Assembly (NCBI GenBank): GCA_030390025.1
Contig: CM059425.1
Location: 165,728,001 to 165,792,000, forward strand
Direction of reading: 5' to 3'
Source: Squalus acanthias
Lineage: Eukaryota
DNA length: 64,000 nt
Positions 50,564 through 62,320 of this stretch are shown piece by piece. How positions within the stretch are numbered: the first letter of the stretch is position 1; each line of letters begins with the position of its first letter. Both the position numbers and the translations under genes were made by a program. The notes under the pieces were generated by a model. The model was not told the origin of the DNA, made no database searches, and saw nothing but the letters and a program-made list of their open reading frames with translations.

Positions 50564-52341
50564 TGTATGGTATACCTGGCCTGTTGTTACAAAACAGCAT
50601 ATATTCTGATTCATCGTGAGAAATGCCATGAGAGACCTATTGTTATTAATCTGGTTATATCCTTTCCTTGTCCTATTACCCAACAAGGCATTTTTTGAGT
50701 TGATTATTTCAAGCTTTGTGAATTTTAATCAATGTTGCTCACTGTACAGAATTGCAAATCTGTCAATTAGTTCTTTAATTAAGTACTTTAAGATATGGTG
50801 TACAGCTATACTGTCTTAGATACGTTGGCACAGATACGATACATAGTTTGCTGAGCCAATGCAAGATTTTAATTAAGTAATACTGAATGTGGAAGTCTGA
50901 ATTCTTGTAGATATTTCACTCTGGGATGATAGGTCAAGCTGACACAGTGCTACTCACCATTCATTTATGAATTTATCTGAAAAAAATTCATTAAAATGGA
51001 AAGTCTTTTGATACCCCTTTAATGATCATACATTTTAAAATGTACTTATGCAGCATCAACTGCTGTATAAGATATTCAATTGAAAATATTGAGTTATGCC
51101 ACTGTATATTGCTGAAGATGTTGAAAAATACTCTGTTTTTCAGTATTTTTACATTAGGGCATTTGTGCATTAAAACCCAATTGGAATTCTTCAAAAGCTA
51201 TCTTTCTACTGTCAATTATTCCATTTTAGAAATGCCTTTCAACCATCACTTAAAACTACTCGTTAAAATTGAAAGTCTTAACATCTAGCGCAGGTCTGTT
51301 ACATCAAAACTATAAGGTGTCACATTTGTAAAGCAAAAAATTATGATGTTCTCAAATAACCAATATCTGTATGTTAGCCATGTTGATCTTTTTCCATTTA
51401 ATCAATCAGATATTTTTGATAAGTTTTGTTGTAATAGACACATCATCGTTGCAGGACTGCAGTAAACATCAGAATAAAACTACATGTCAGTGTAACCTTA
51501 TGAAAAACCTTTTTCAGGCTACCCAGCTCCAAAAGTATCATCCCATCATATAGCACCTGTTTTGCCATCCCTTACATATTTCCCACGTTATCTGCATTTA
51601 GTTATTTTTTTTCCTGTTCTGTCCGCATCGGAGCTTCCGAGAGAGTACAACTGTGCCAAATTTTGCTTATGAATGAGAAATGCTACTAAGGCCTGCCAGG
51701 AATATTCTGTATTAAGGGCAGTCCTTGCGTAAAGGTATGCGACACGCTTTCGGCTTTCTTTAGATATCATTTATTAGGCTCAATGTCTCTGACCGCTGTG
51801 ATAGGTGAGCCTGTGCTCCTGTGTCTGAGTGCTTTCACTTGTTCAACTTTGTAGCTTGTCCTGGAATTGAATAGAGAACTCTCTTCACATGATTTCAGCT
51901 TACTTGTTTTATCACGTGCCCTCACCTGATTTTCCTTAACTTCTAAAGGTGGCACAATAACACCTCACACAAGATGTGACTTAGGCTTTAACTGACAAAT
52001 AAATTGATTAACCAATTAAAAGAAAAGTGCACAATCGCAGTAGCTTGCAATAGGATGAACATTGGGCAGGTTCTACAACGGGCTGATCCGCTACACTAGA
52101 TTACCATCCAAGCAGTGAAGGTGAAAATTACCAAGTCTACCGCTCGCTCAATAAAACATTAGGCAAACCTATTTAAAAAATAACAGACGGGAAAATAATT
52201 AGCACAATTGCTGTTAGTAACTTGCAGAAATCGACGACCTGGCAAGGCTAATTGACATTCTGTAATAGCCGTGGATATAATATGGGTTTATTTTAAATCT
52301 GTTGTCCTGTGAAGTAGCTTTACTGTTTGTGTATATATATA

Positions 52342-52955
52342 TTTTTTTTTTAATTAATTCTCGTGATATGGGCGTTGCTAGCAGGGCCAGCATTTATTGC
52401 CCATCCCTAGTTGCCCTTGAGAAAGAAAGAAAGACTTGCATTTATATAGCGCCTTTCACGACCACCGGATGTCTCAAAGTGCTTTACAGCCACTTTTGAA
52501 TTGGAGTCACTTGTTGAAATGTGGGAAACGTGCACAGCAAGGTCCCACAAACAGCAATGTGATAATGACCAGATAATCTGTTTTTTTTGTTTTATGTTGG
52601 TTGAGGGATAAATATTGGCCAGGACACCGGGGATAACTCCCCAATCCTCTTCAAAATAGTGCAATGGGATCTTTTACGTCCACCTGAGAGATGGTGTAAC
52701 GTCTCATCTGAAAGACGGCACCTCCGACAGTGCAGCACTCCCTCAGCACTGCACTGGAGTGTCAGCCTAGCTTTATGTGCTCAAGTCCCTGGAATGGGAC
52801 TTGAACCCACAACCTTCTGACTCAGAGGCGAGTGTGCTACCCACTGAGCCACAGCTGAGAAGGTGGTGGTGAGCCGCCTTTTTGATACTCCGTGTAGTGA
52901 AGGTACTTCCACTGTGCTGTTAAATAGGGAGTTGCAGGATTTTGACCTAGCAACA
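52342..52955 (-). mobile_element. 3' fragment of the same LINE, split by a SINE
   Basis: 52342-52423 and 52856-52955 rejoin as TTGCCCT-TGAGAA-GGTGGTGGTG. Confidence 0.8.
52424..52855 (-). mobile_element. Full-length tRNA-derived SINE (SacSINE1/DeuSINE-like)
   Basis: A box TGGCTCAGTGG (52841-52851) and B box GGTTCAAGTCC (52797-52807). L2-like tail with (CTTT)n. TSD TGAGAA. Family name is from recall, not a search. Confidence 0.85.
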
Positions 52956-53105
52956 TGCATGACTTCAGCTGGGTACATGCAGTTGAACGGAACTGTGCTG
53001 GCCTATACGATAGCAAAATACTGCGGATGCTGGAAATCCGAAATAACAACAGAAAACGCTGGAAAAACTCAGCAGGCCAGGCAGCATCCGTGGAGAGAGA
53101 AAGAG

Positions 53106-53142
53106 AGTTAACGTTTCAGGTCGATGACCTTTCATCAGAACT
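53106..53142 (-). ncRNA. Minimal type I hammerhead ribozyme
   Basis: Minus strand AGTT-CTGATGA-A-AGGTC-ATC-GACCT-GAAA-CGTT-AACT. Stem I AGTT/AACT, triplet GUU. Confidence 0.88.
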
Positions 53143-53409
53143 GGGAAGAGCCGGAAATCAAATAGATTTAAGGCCAGGGTAAAGCTGGGAAAAGGGGGAG
53201 GGGATAAAGGAACAAAGGGGGAGATGAAGAGACATTAAGAGATATGCAAGGCTAGAGGTGGTGTTAATGTGACAGATTAAGGCTGAATGAAGTGTGAAAT
53301 CCACTGGCAGAATGAAGGACAGCTGCCAGCTTCTAGGAGGAAAAAAAAGGTGGGGGCGGACAAATAAAAGGGTGGATAAAATAAAATATAAATGTGATTG
53401 GAGCTGAGG

Positions 53410-53664
53410 TTATGATCTAAAATTGTTGAACTCGATATTGAGTCCAGAGGGCTGTAGCGTGCCTAAACGAAAGATGAGGTGCTGTTCCTCGAGCTTACGC
53501 TGAGCTTCCGTGGAACAGTGTAATAGGCCGAGGACGGTGAGGTCAGAGTGGGAGTGAAGCGGTGAATTAAAGTGACAGGCCACCGGGAGCTCGGGGTCCC
53601 CCTTACGGACTGAACGGAGGTGTTCCGCAAAGCGGTCACCCAATCTGCGTTTGGTCTCCCCTAT
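53410..53664 (-). pseudogene. Penelope GIY-YIG endonuclease C-terminal fragment
   Basis: IGETKRRLGDRFAEH...VACHFN...EQHLIFRLGTLQPSGLN. Confidence 0.92.
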
Positions 53665-56600
53665 ACTTGCTGGCCTATACTTGGCTCCTAATCACATAAG
53701 TGATACAAGTCTGGGAGATTTACCATTGTGATGTAGAAGAGTGTAAATTACAAAGAAAGTAACTGACCCTCAGGAACTTGCTGAGGATAGTGTGGTTATC
53801 ATTCATTAAATTTTAATTTTCTTTGACTACCAGCTTTTCCATAAATCTGGCTCAGCCCCAAGGAAGACATTCGTTAGTAAAATATTTTTTGAAATATCTA
53901 TGTAATTCTGGATATCAAACAGCAACAGGGTGTTGAGCCTATGGTACAAAATAATAGATTATTTTATCTCAAACATAGCAATTAATTTAATCTTTGTTAA
54001 CTTTAAATGGCAAGAACCATTTCCTGTCTTTATAGTTGCTAGTTACACTAATGAATAAATATAAAGATTTCAGTAAGAAGTTCAGTAATCAAAGCTTTGT
54101 TTTGATTGGAAAATCTGCTTAAACATTAATTCTGTTTAAGTGAGAGAATGCGTTGGCCTCTTTGCTTTGATTGACAGCTGTGCTAACTTGGCCTTTGCCA
54201 AAAAAAAACTGGAGAGTCTGGATGGTGAGGACTGTTTAGGGCATGGGAAAGGGGAGGATCACATGATAGGATGACTGTTCTGTGAAAACTGTCCTGAAAA
54301 CTGTCTCATGTAATCTATACCAGATTCTGCACTTCTATATGCTTCCATGTTGAAATCTTTGGTATATGTAGTACTTGGTGGGTTTATGCATGAAAGTGGC
54401 ACTCTGATCTGTTAAATGACATCCATTGAATGGGCTATTTTGGGTCTGTCAACACACCATAGAAATGACATATGTCTAACCTGAGGCTACTTTGCATGTG
54501 TCAGAGTTGTCACATGTATATGACCTCGTCATCCATCACCCTTTGCTTTTTCCCCACTCTGAAAGTAAGTACCTGAAAAACACCCACCGAAAATAGTTAT
54601 AAAAGCTCAGAATAAATTGTCAAAATAACAAGTGGGCTGCAAATTCAACTGTTCTTGATACTTTATCTGGATTTCTTGTGGAGTGCTTTCCATATCCACA
54701 AATCAACATGTAGTATCCTCAGCATATCCCGCAATTGCCACTCTGTATGTTCTTGAAGTGACTCCCGCAGATAGATTTCATAAGATGTTGCCAAGTTTAA
54801 AAAGAAGTGCGATTTGGAATCCATTGTCCCAGTGTAAACTGGAAGAACATAGAAGCTGTAGAAGGAAATAAAGGTAGACATAAGTAACACAAATCTACTT
54901 CATATGTCATAAAACACCAATACTTTGCTGTTAGTGCATTTTTGTCTGAATTATATAGCATTGCGTTACAACTTTTAACTCACTCATATCTTTTTAATAC
55001 ATCTTGTATAATTTTCAGTTATTTTATTTTGGAATTTGGAAATTACTAGCAATTTACTGGTTTGGATTCTTGCAGCGTGGAAGGGATGATATCATGGAGT
55101 ACAAATGACAAACATTGTGATGCAAGTCAGCGCAAGGCTGTTGTTTCTTCAGGACTCTTATAGAATATTAGTTATCATTTGCACAGATATGTTAAGTTCT
55201 AAATAAGAACACATAATTGTTTATTAAATTCAGTGAAAGGCATTTTACTGTAAACTTGGATCTTTCTAGGAACACTTTCAGTCAAAAACCTGTGAACATA
55301 TTGCATGCCTGTGTTCCGAAAGCCCTTTGCATAACTTGTTCAGACTGGTCTGTGATCTCCTTGCACTTCATTAGGCTTGTGAGAGTTTCCTGTTTCTGGA
55401 CCCCTTTCACACAAGATAACAGCAACTGAGATTGCAATTTATGCTGGAGAGCTTCTTATGGGGACAATGGCACAGTTGTTGAGTAGTGTCACCAAGCTGC
55501 ATATATCAGTTGCATGATTGAATGTCCCTGAAGCACAAAAGATGTGCAAAGCAATGCCAAGACATCACCAATGGGCCTTTTCATAGTATGTGCACAGATG
55601 GCTAAAGAGTCCAGGAATCACAGTAGAGAGTTTAAAAAAAAAAAAAATTGGAGCAACACTTAATATGCTGCAACATCCACAGATGCTTGTGGCTTTCTTT
55701 TAATTAAACTGAGAGGATTAAAATTGGATCCTACTTGTTATACCATCCGTTTCATTGTTGAACAATGTTATTGAAGTACAACATTTTTATGGCTTATAAT
55801 GGGCTTGTGTGTAATTTGTACCATACAGGAGTAAATGGAAGGCACCCATGTACAATCAATTACAGCTATTGTACCTTTTAACTGTAGTCAAATGCATGCC
55901 GGTCCACTCACATATCTGAGAAGATTAGCTTTACCTCTGCTGTGTTCAGAATACAGGTTATCTTCCCAGATGCATGCATGATCACTTTTTTTTCCTGAGC
56001 TTTGACTTTGATTCCTGCATCAAAACTAAGGATGATACTAAATTTGGTATGCGGGGCACGTGTTTCATTGAAAAGTCATTGTAAGTACCTGCTGCACCTT
56101 ATACTCCTGCAGATAGCACTGTACAGGTATTTTCGATGTTAAAGGTGTAACACTGTGGCCGCGATTTTGCCAGGGCTCAGAGGGCAGGTTTGGAGGCGGG
56201 CCCGGAGTTAAAATCAAAATGATCGATGGCGGGTTGCGAACCCACCGCCATCCCGCCTCCACGCAACTTTACAGAGTGTCGGGTCTGCGAGTCCCGATCA
56301 GACCCGACACCAAGCAGCGGGAGAGCCACTTAAGGCAGTTAACAGCTTGTTAACTGCCTGGATAATCCTATTTTGAAAGGCTCTTCCCATTTTGCAACAT
56401 TTTCAGCGTGTTCCACGTCGTGCGACAAACACGCCAGCTGATTGTGCCGGGTTCAGCAACTAGCTGAATAGTTGACAGCTGCAATTGCAGCATAAAAGCT
56501 GACCTGTAACATGAGTTCATTTTCAGATGCCAGAACTTTCTGTTTTGAGATCTTGGAACACATTTTGCAGGTGTATTGAGGTTGTAAGTGTTTAATCTGA

Positions 56601-56696
56601 GATCCATATGCACTGTGACCTCCTTGGAATACCCTCTGCCCACATTGAGTGAGCGCTTATAACATCTCTTCCTCAACTGACACATATACCAGCAGA

Positions 56697-57899
56697 ATGG
56701 GAACCATTTATACTCCCTCATCCTGGCGCGGCAGCAGCAGAACCAGGCACACCAGCAGCACCAACAACAGGAGCGCCAACATTCTCCTCAGCCACCTGAT
56801 GCGGCACAGGGCGTCAGCGCAGGGCTGCACCTCGCCGCAGGAGATACCCCCAGCACAGGGTTTACAGGCCGAGGATGAGCTTCCTCAACATGACTGTGCA
56901 GCAGTGCCAAAGGAGGCTGAGACTTTCGTGAGAGGTAGTCGCTGACATCTGCACAATGCTGCAGCAACACCTGGAGCCCAGAGGAGCGGGTGGACACCCC
57001 TTACCAGTGGCTGTCAAAGTCACCACTGCACTCAACTTCTTTGCTTCAGGGTCCTTCCAGGGATCATCAGCAGACTTCAGCTGCATTTCCCAGTCGGCCG
57101 CACACAGTTGTATCACGCAGGTTACCAATGCCCTCTTTGCCAAGTCGCACAATTACATCCACTTCTCCACGGATGAAGCAAGTGTAACTGCGCGTGCGGT
57201 TGGCTTTGCAAAAATGGTAGGCTTCCCAAGGGTGCAGGGCGTCTTAGACTGCACACGTGGCCATTAGGGCACCCCATCACAACCCAGCCATATTTGTGAA
57301 CTGCAAGGGCTTCCACTCCCTTAACATCCAGCTGGTGTGTAACCACAGGAAGAACATTATGAATTGTTTGCACCAAGTTCCCTGGCAGTTGTCATGACTC
57401 GTTCATCCTGCGGCAGTCCACTGTGCCTCAGCTGTTCAATCCACCAACCCAACTTTCCAGATGGCTCTTTGGAGATTAGGGCTATCCCCTGAAGATGTGG
57501 CTAATGACACCGATGAGGAGGCCATCAAATGAAGCTGAGGAGCACTACAATGAGAGCCACATTTCCACCAGAAGCATCATAGAGCAAACCATTGGCTTGC
57601 TCAAAATGCGATTCAGATGCCTGGACAGATCTGGTGGAACCTTGCAGTATGCACCAGCCAGGGTCTCCAGAATCATCATGGTCTGCTGTGCCCTGCACAA
57701 CATTGCACAGCAGCATGGCTTACCGCTGCCTGAGGAACAAGTGGTACAGCGCACAGCCTCCTTCTCGGAGGAGGAGGAGCCGAATGAGGCGGCAGATGAG
57801 GAAGACGTTGCGGAGGCGGCTGTGTCAGTGCCACCAGCACGCGAACTCATTGCTGGCCGTGACGCAAGGGATGCACAAATCCATGCCAGATTCACGTAA
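56697..57899 (+). pseudogene. Harbinger DDE transposase, disrupted
   Basis: Paralogous to 20754-21967. GVLDCT, GD*GY (TAG at 57477) and [15 protein letters not shown]. Frameshifts. Confidence 0.92.
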
Positions 57900-58097
57900 C
57901 TTTACGCAGCAAACACATGTGACTGGCACATGGAAATGAGTGTTTGCACGACCTTCATTACACACCAGACAGCATCTGTATAATAAACTGCATTCCTATC
58001 ACTCTCCCCACCATCACTACAGATGGAAAGCACCCTGACCCCTCACTGTGCAACTTCCATTTCTGAGCACACATCGGCCAGCTCTTGAAATAACAAT

Positions 58098-58862
58098 GGG
58101 CCAGAAATTCGGCTCTTGTCGGGTGAGTACGCACTGTGTACTCACCCGTAAGGCCACCTGAAGTGCCGGTTTCCTGCATGCACTGCGCATGCGCGGGAAA
58201 CCGGAACTTCCGTTCCCTGAAGGGAGGGGTTCAGAAGTTGAACGCGTGCGCGGGAGAGACTGTGCACACGCAGCGAACTTCAGGTTTTTTTTCAGGTTTC
58301 TCCGGGAAGGTAAGTATGAAGAAGCTGCACTTCTAAAAAGGAGGCGCAAGGCCTGTTTTTAACAAGGTAAGTGGTTAATTAATTACAATTTAAACATTTT
58401 TTCAACAGGTTTATCTTTTTTAGATACTTTAAAGAAAGGTAAGTTTATTTTTAGCACCGTTAAAAAGTATAATTAATTTTTTCAAAAATGTAAATTTTTG
58501 TTTAAAGTAGTTAATTTATGTAACTTATACTTATTTTAAAAATGTGATTTAAAAAAAAAATGTATTTGAAGTTTAAGTGTGGTTTTGGGGCCGATCTCTA
58601 TTCATAGATTTGACAGGTCTTCCTGTCAAATCTATGAATGAAAATGCCCTGTTAGGATTGGCTCTCCATGGCCCACGTGATCCCAGGGGATGCTTCGAAC
58701 TAACTGCGCCCCTGGGATACACAAGCACTGCGCGTCAGCAGCTGGAGGAGGCCCAGGACCCGAAGTCCTCGTGGGCCCAAAGCACAACTGCAGGCGCGGT
58801 AGGTAAGTACGCGCGCGTGATGCTTGCACCCGCAGGAAGCCGGAAAGCCGAAATTCTGGCCC
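58098..58862 (+). mobile_element. Young 765-bp Harbinger-type MITE
   Basis: TIR GGGCCAGAA.TTCGGCT. AAT TSD. Multiple internal hairpins. Confidence 0.93.
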
Positions 58863-58930
58863 AATGAGAAACGTAACTTTGCATTATATCAAAACACCCA
58901 AGTGACTACCCTTGTGACTATTTGTGTGTG

Positions 58931-60486
58931 AAACATAGAAACATAGAAGATAGGAGCAGGAGTAGGCCATTCGGCCCCTCGAGCCTGTTCCGCCATTTAA
59001 TGAGATCATGGCTGATCATCCAAATTCAGTACCCTGCCCCTGCTTTCTCCCCATATCTCTTGATCCCTTTAGCCTTAAGAAATATATCTAACTCCTTCTT
59101 GAATATATATACTGAATTTGCCTCAACTGCTTTCTGTGGTAGAGAATTCCACAGGTTCACCACTCTCTGGGTGAAGAAATTCTTCCTCATCTCAGTCCTA
59201 AATGGCTTACCCCTTATCCTTAGACTGTGACCCCTGGTTCTGGACTCCCCCGCCATCAGGAACATCCTTCCTGCATCTAGTCTGTCTAGTCCTGTTAGAA
59301 TTTTATAAGTTTCAATGAGATCCCCTCTCATTCTTCTAAACTCTAGCAAATACAAGCCCAATCGACCCAATCTCTCTTCATATGTCATTCCTGCCATCCC
59401 AGGTATCAGTCTGGTGAATCTTCGCTGCATTCCCTCCATGGCAAGAACATCCTTCCTCAGATAAGGCGACCAAAACTGCACACAATACTCAAGGTGTGGT
59501 CTCACCAAGGCCCTGTATAACTGCAGCAAGACATCCTTGCTCCTGTACCCGAATCCTCTCGCTATGAAGGCCAACATACCATTTGCCTTCTTAACCGCCT
59601 GCTGCACCTGCATGCTTACCTTCAGCGACTGGTGCACAAGGACACCCAGGTCTCGTTGCACTTCCCCTTTTCCCAATCTATTGCCGTTCAGATAATAATC
59701 TGCCTTTCTGTTTTTGCCACCAAAGTGGATAACCTCGCATTTATCCACATTATACTGCATCTGCCATACATCTGCCCAATCACTCAACCTGTCCAAATCA
59801 TACTGGAGTTTCTCTGCATCCTCCTCACAGCACACTCGCCCACCCAGCTTTGTGTCGTCTGCAAACTTGAAGATGTTACATCTAGTTGCCTCGTCTAGAT
59901 CATTAATATATATTGTGAATAGCTGGGGTCCTAGCACCGATCCCTGCGGTACCCCACTAGTCACTGCCTGCCACTCGGAAAAAGACCCGTTTATCCCAAC
60001 TCTTTGCTTCCTGTCTGCCAACCAGTTCTGTATCCAAGTCAGTACCTTACCTCCAATCCCATGTGCTTTAAATTTGCATGCTAATCTCTTATGCGGGACC
60101 TTATCGAAAGCCTTCTGAAAGTCCAAATACACCACATCCACTGGTTCTCTCTTATCTATTTTACCAGTTACATCCTCAAAAAATTCCAGTAGATTAGTCA
60201 AGCATGATTTACCTTTTGTAAATCCATGTTGACTTTGTCCGATCCTGTCACTGTTTTCCAAGTGCTCTGCTATTACATCTTTTATAATGGACTCTAGCAT
60301 TTTCCCCACTACCGATGTCAGGCTTACCGGTCTATAATTCCCCGTTTTCTCTCTACCACCTTTTTAAAATAGTGAGGTTACATTAGCTACCCTCCAATCC
60401 ATGGGAACTGTTCCAGAGTCGATAGAATTTTGGAAGATGACCAGCAATGCATCTACTATTTCTAGGGCCACTTCCTTAAGTACCCT
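58931..60486 (-). mobile_element. Young 5'-truncated CR1 with open RT frame (59026-60309)
   Basis: 427-aa uninterrupted RT/C-terminal ORF, 3' UTR and (TTTCTATG)n tail. No APE or ORF1. Confidence 0.95.
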
Positions 60487-62320
60487 AACTTTCTCTTACA
60501 CATGCTTCTACGTGGTGCTTCCCCTGTGGCTTCAGCAGATGTAAAGGCAGCTTGCTCAGCTCTCTGCTGCGCCTGCTTAGACGCCTTTGGTGGGTGTCCA
60601 CTGAGTGCTCCTCCTGTGGCTGTGCAGGGGCTAAAGCGGCCATCTCAGTTGGGTGAGGAATCTGTGGCTCTGACTGAGGGCTCCGCAATGGCATGGGAGT
60701 GTGAGCGCTTAGAGAGGAGCCCACATTTCCTTGTTGTTGACCACCAACATCCCTCTCATGAGTCACCTGCACTTCACTGCTAGCAAGGAGCTGGAGAGCA
60801 CCTTGCTGCACATCAGTAGAGCCATGAGGACCCATCTCTGTACTGACAGTCCTCATAACGGGGACGTCCATGTATCTCTGGTTCCTCCCATGATTGATGC
60901 CCATCTATCCTCCATAGCTGACCATCTATTTATTTGTTCATTTGAGTCTGGCGATTTATGTCCTCCATGGAGGTTGCCATCCTTTCCATGGCAGCACCTA
61001 CATTCGCCATTGCTCATGTTTGAGATGGACTCCTCCATTCTCTGCACTCTCGCAGTTACCGTGGTTGCAAGCCCAGTCAGAGCCTCCTGCACTTGTTCCT
61101 GAAGCTCTAGCACCTCTCTCTTTCTGGATGGCCCCAGAGGCACAGTGTCCACATGCAGCAGAACAGAACTAGGAGCGTCCAGCGCCCTCCGACGAGGACT
61201 CTTCACTGCTGTCCCTGTCTCCACCATCTGCTGATGCTCACTTGTGAGCTGTGATACACCAGGTGACAACACTACTCTATGTCGCGAAGGACCCACCGAG
61301 GTGTGCGTCTCTGCGCTGGTGCTGGGTGTGCTCATTTCTGCTGAAGCTGCTCCCTCAGAGGCTGCAGCTTCCTCTGAGGAGTCTTCCGGCTCTTCGTCCT
61401 GGATCGTGGGGAGGGGGACTCTCAATGGTCCTGTGGGGGAGTAAAGGCATGAGTTAGACATGTGATATTTAGGTAGCAGACACATCCCATTGTGCAGATG
61501 ATCAGAACTCAATCTGTATGAACATCAGATGCCATATCAGTTACTCATGAAATCTAAATGAGAGGGTTGAAAATCTATTCTGTCACCAGCTTACTCTACT
61601 GCGTCCGTCTCTCTGTCACCCACTTCCACCTCCTCTGCACCTCTGATGATCTTGATAGCAGCCTCCTCAGCATTGGTTAAATGCACCAAGGAAGGTGGGC
61701 CTCCTCCTGTCCTCCCTCTCTCCCTCTTATTGTGGGCTCTCTTTTCCTGCAATGAGGGACACAAGTGGAGTTTGAGCGAGAATTTTGGAGTGAGTGTAGA
61801 GAATCCATAGCATAGATGCTTACAGGGACACAAAGATGGAGTGAGGTGCCAATACCAAGGGCCCTCCCTGTGCGTTGTTAGTTGTTATTGCATAACAATG
61901 AGAGCGAGTGTGAGGGATGCATAGTAGGATGGTGAAATGATTCTGTACATAGAGAGAAGGGATGGTTAAGGGTGCAAGGGATGTAAGGATAAGTTGGGAT
62001 GTGAAGGAGTAGGTTGACAATGCAGAGTGCTTCTGATGAGAAGAGATGGGAAGCAGATTGAAGGTAAGTGTGATATTATACTCACTTTTGCTGAGCGTAC
62101 CAGGTCATTGAACCTTTTCCTGCACTGAACCCAGGTGCGTGAACACAGACCTGGAGCTAACCTCCTGAGCAATTTGCAGCCAGGCTGCCTTGGTTTGCTG
62201 AGGAGGCTTCCTCTGTCCATTGGAGGGGAACAGAACCTCCTTGCGCCCTCTCACTCCCTCCACAAGAGCATGGAGGGAGTCATCAAAGCGGGGAGAAGCC
62301 TTGGTTCTTGCAGCAGTCAT
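60487..62320 (-). pseudogene. Intron-containing Harbinger Myb/SANT-like gene, disrupted
   Basis: Exon 1 62320-62086 (PRF...LVEGV...W...WVQCRKRFNDL, donor GTGAG). Exon 2 from 61746 (EKRAHNKRERGRTGGG). Exon 3 from 61430 (acidic, Ser/Thr-rich, then coiled-coil-like). Confidence 0.85.

Larger units (their letters stand above)
53009..53667 (-). mobile_element. Penelope-like element 3' portion (second family)
   Basis: GIY-YIG C-terminus, 3' UTR and hammerhead-bearing terminal repeat. 13-bp TSD TGCTGGCCTATAC (52996-53008, 53668-53680). Confidence 0.92.

Noticed and set aside
52780..52855. tRNA gene
   Set aside because: The A/B boxes belong to a SINE head continuous with the SINE body, tail and TSD. 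No full cloverleaf.
54663..54855. Candidate - strand terminal coding exon after a pyrimidine-rich acceptor
   Set aside because: No recognisable homology, no partner exons, and a length compatible with chance.
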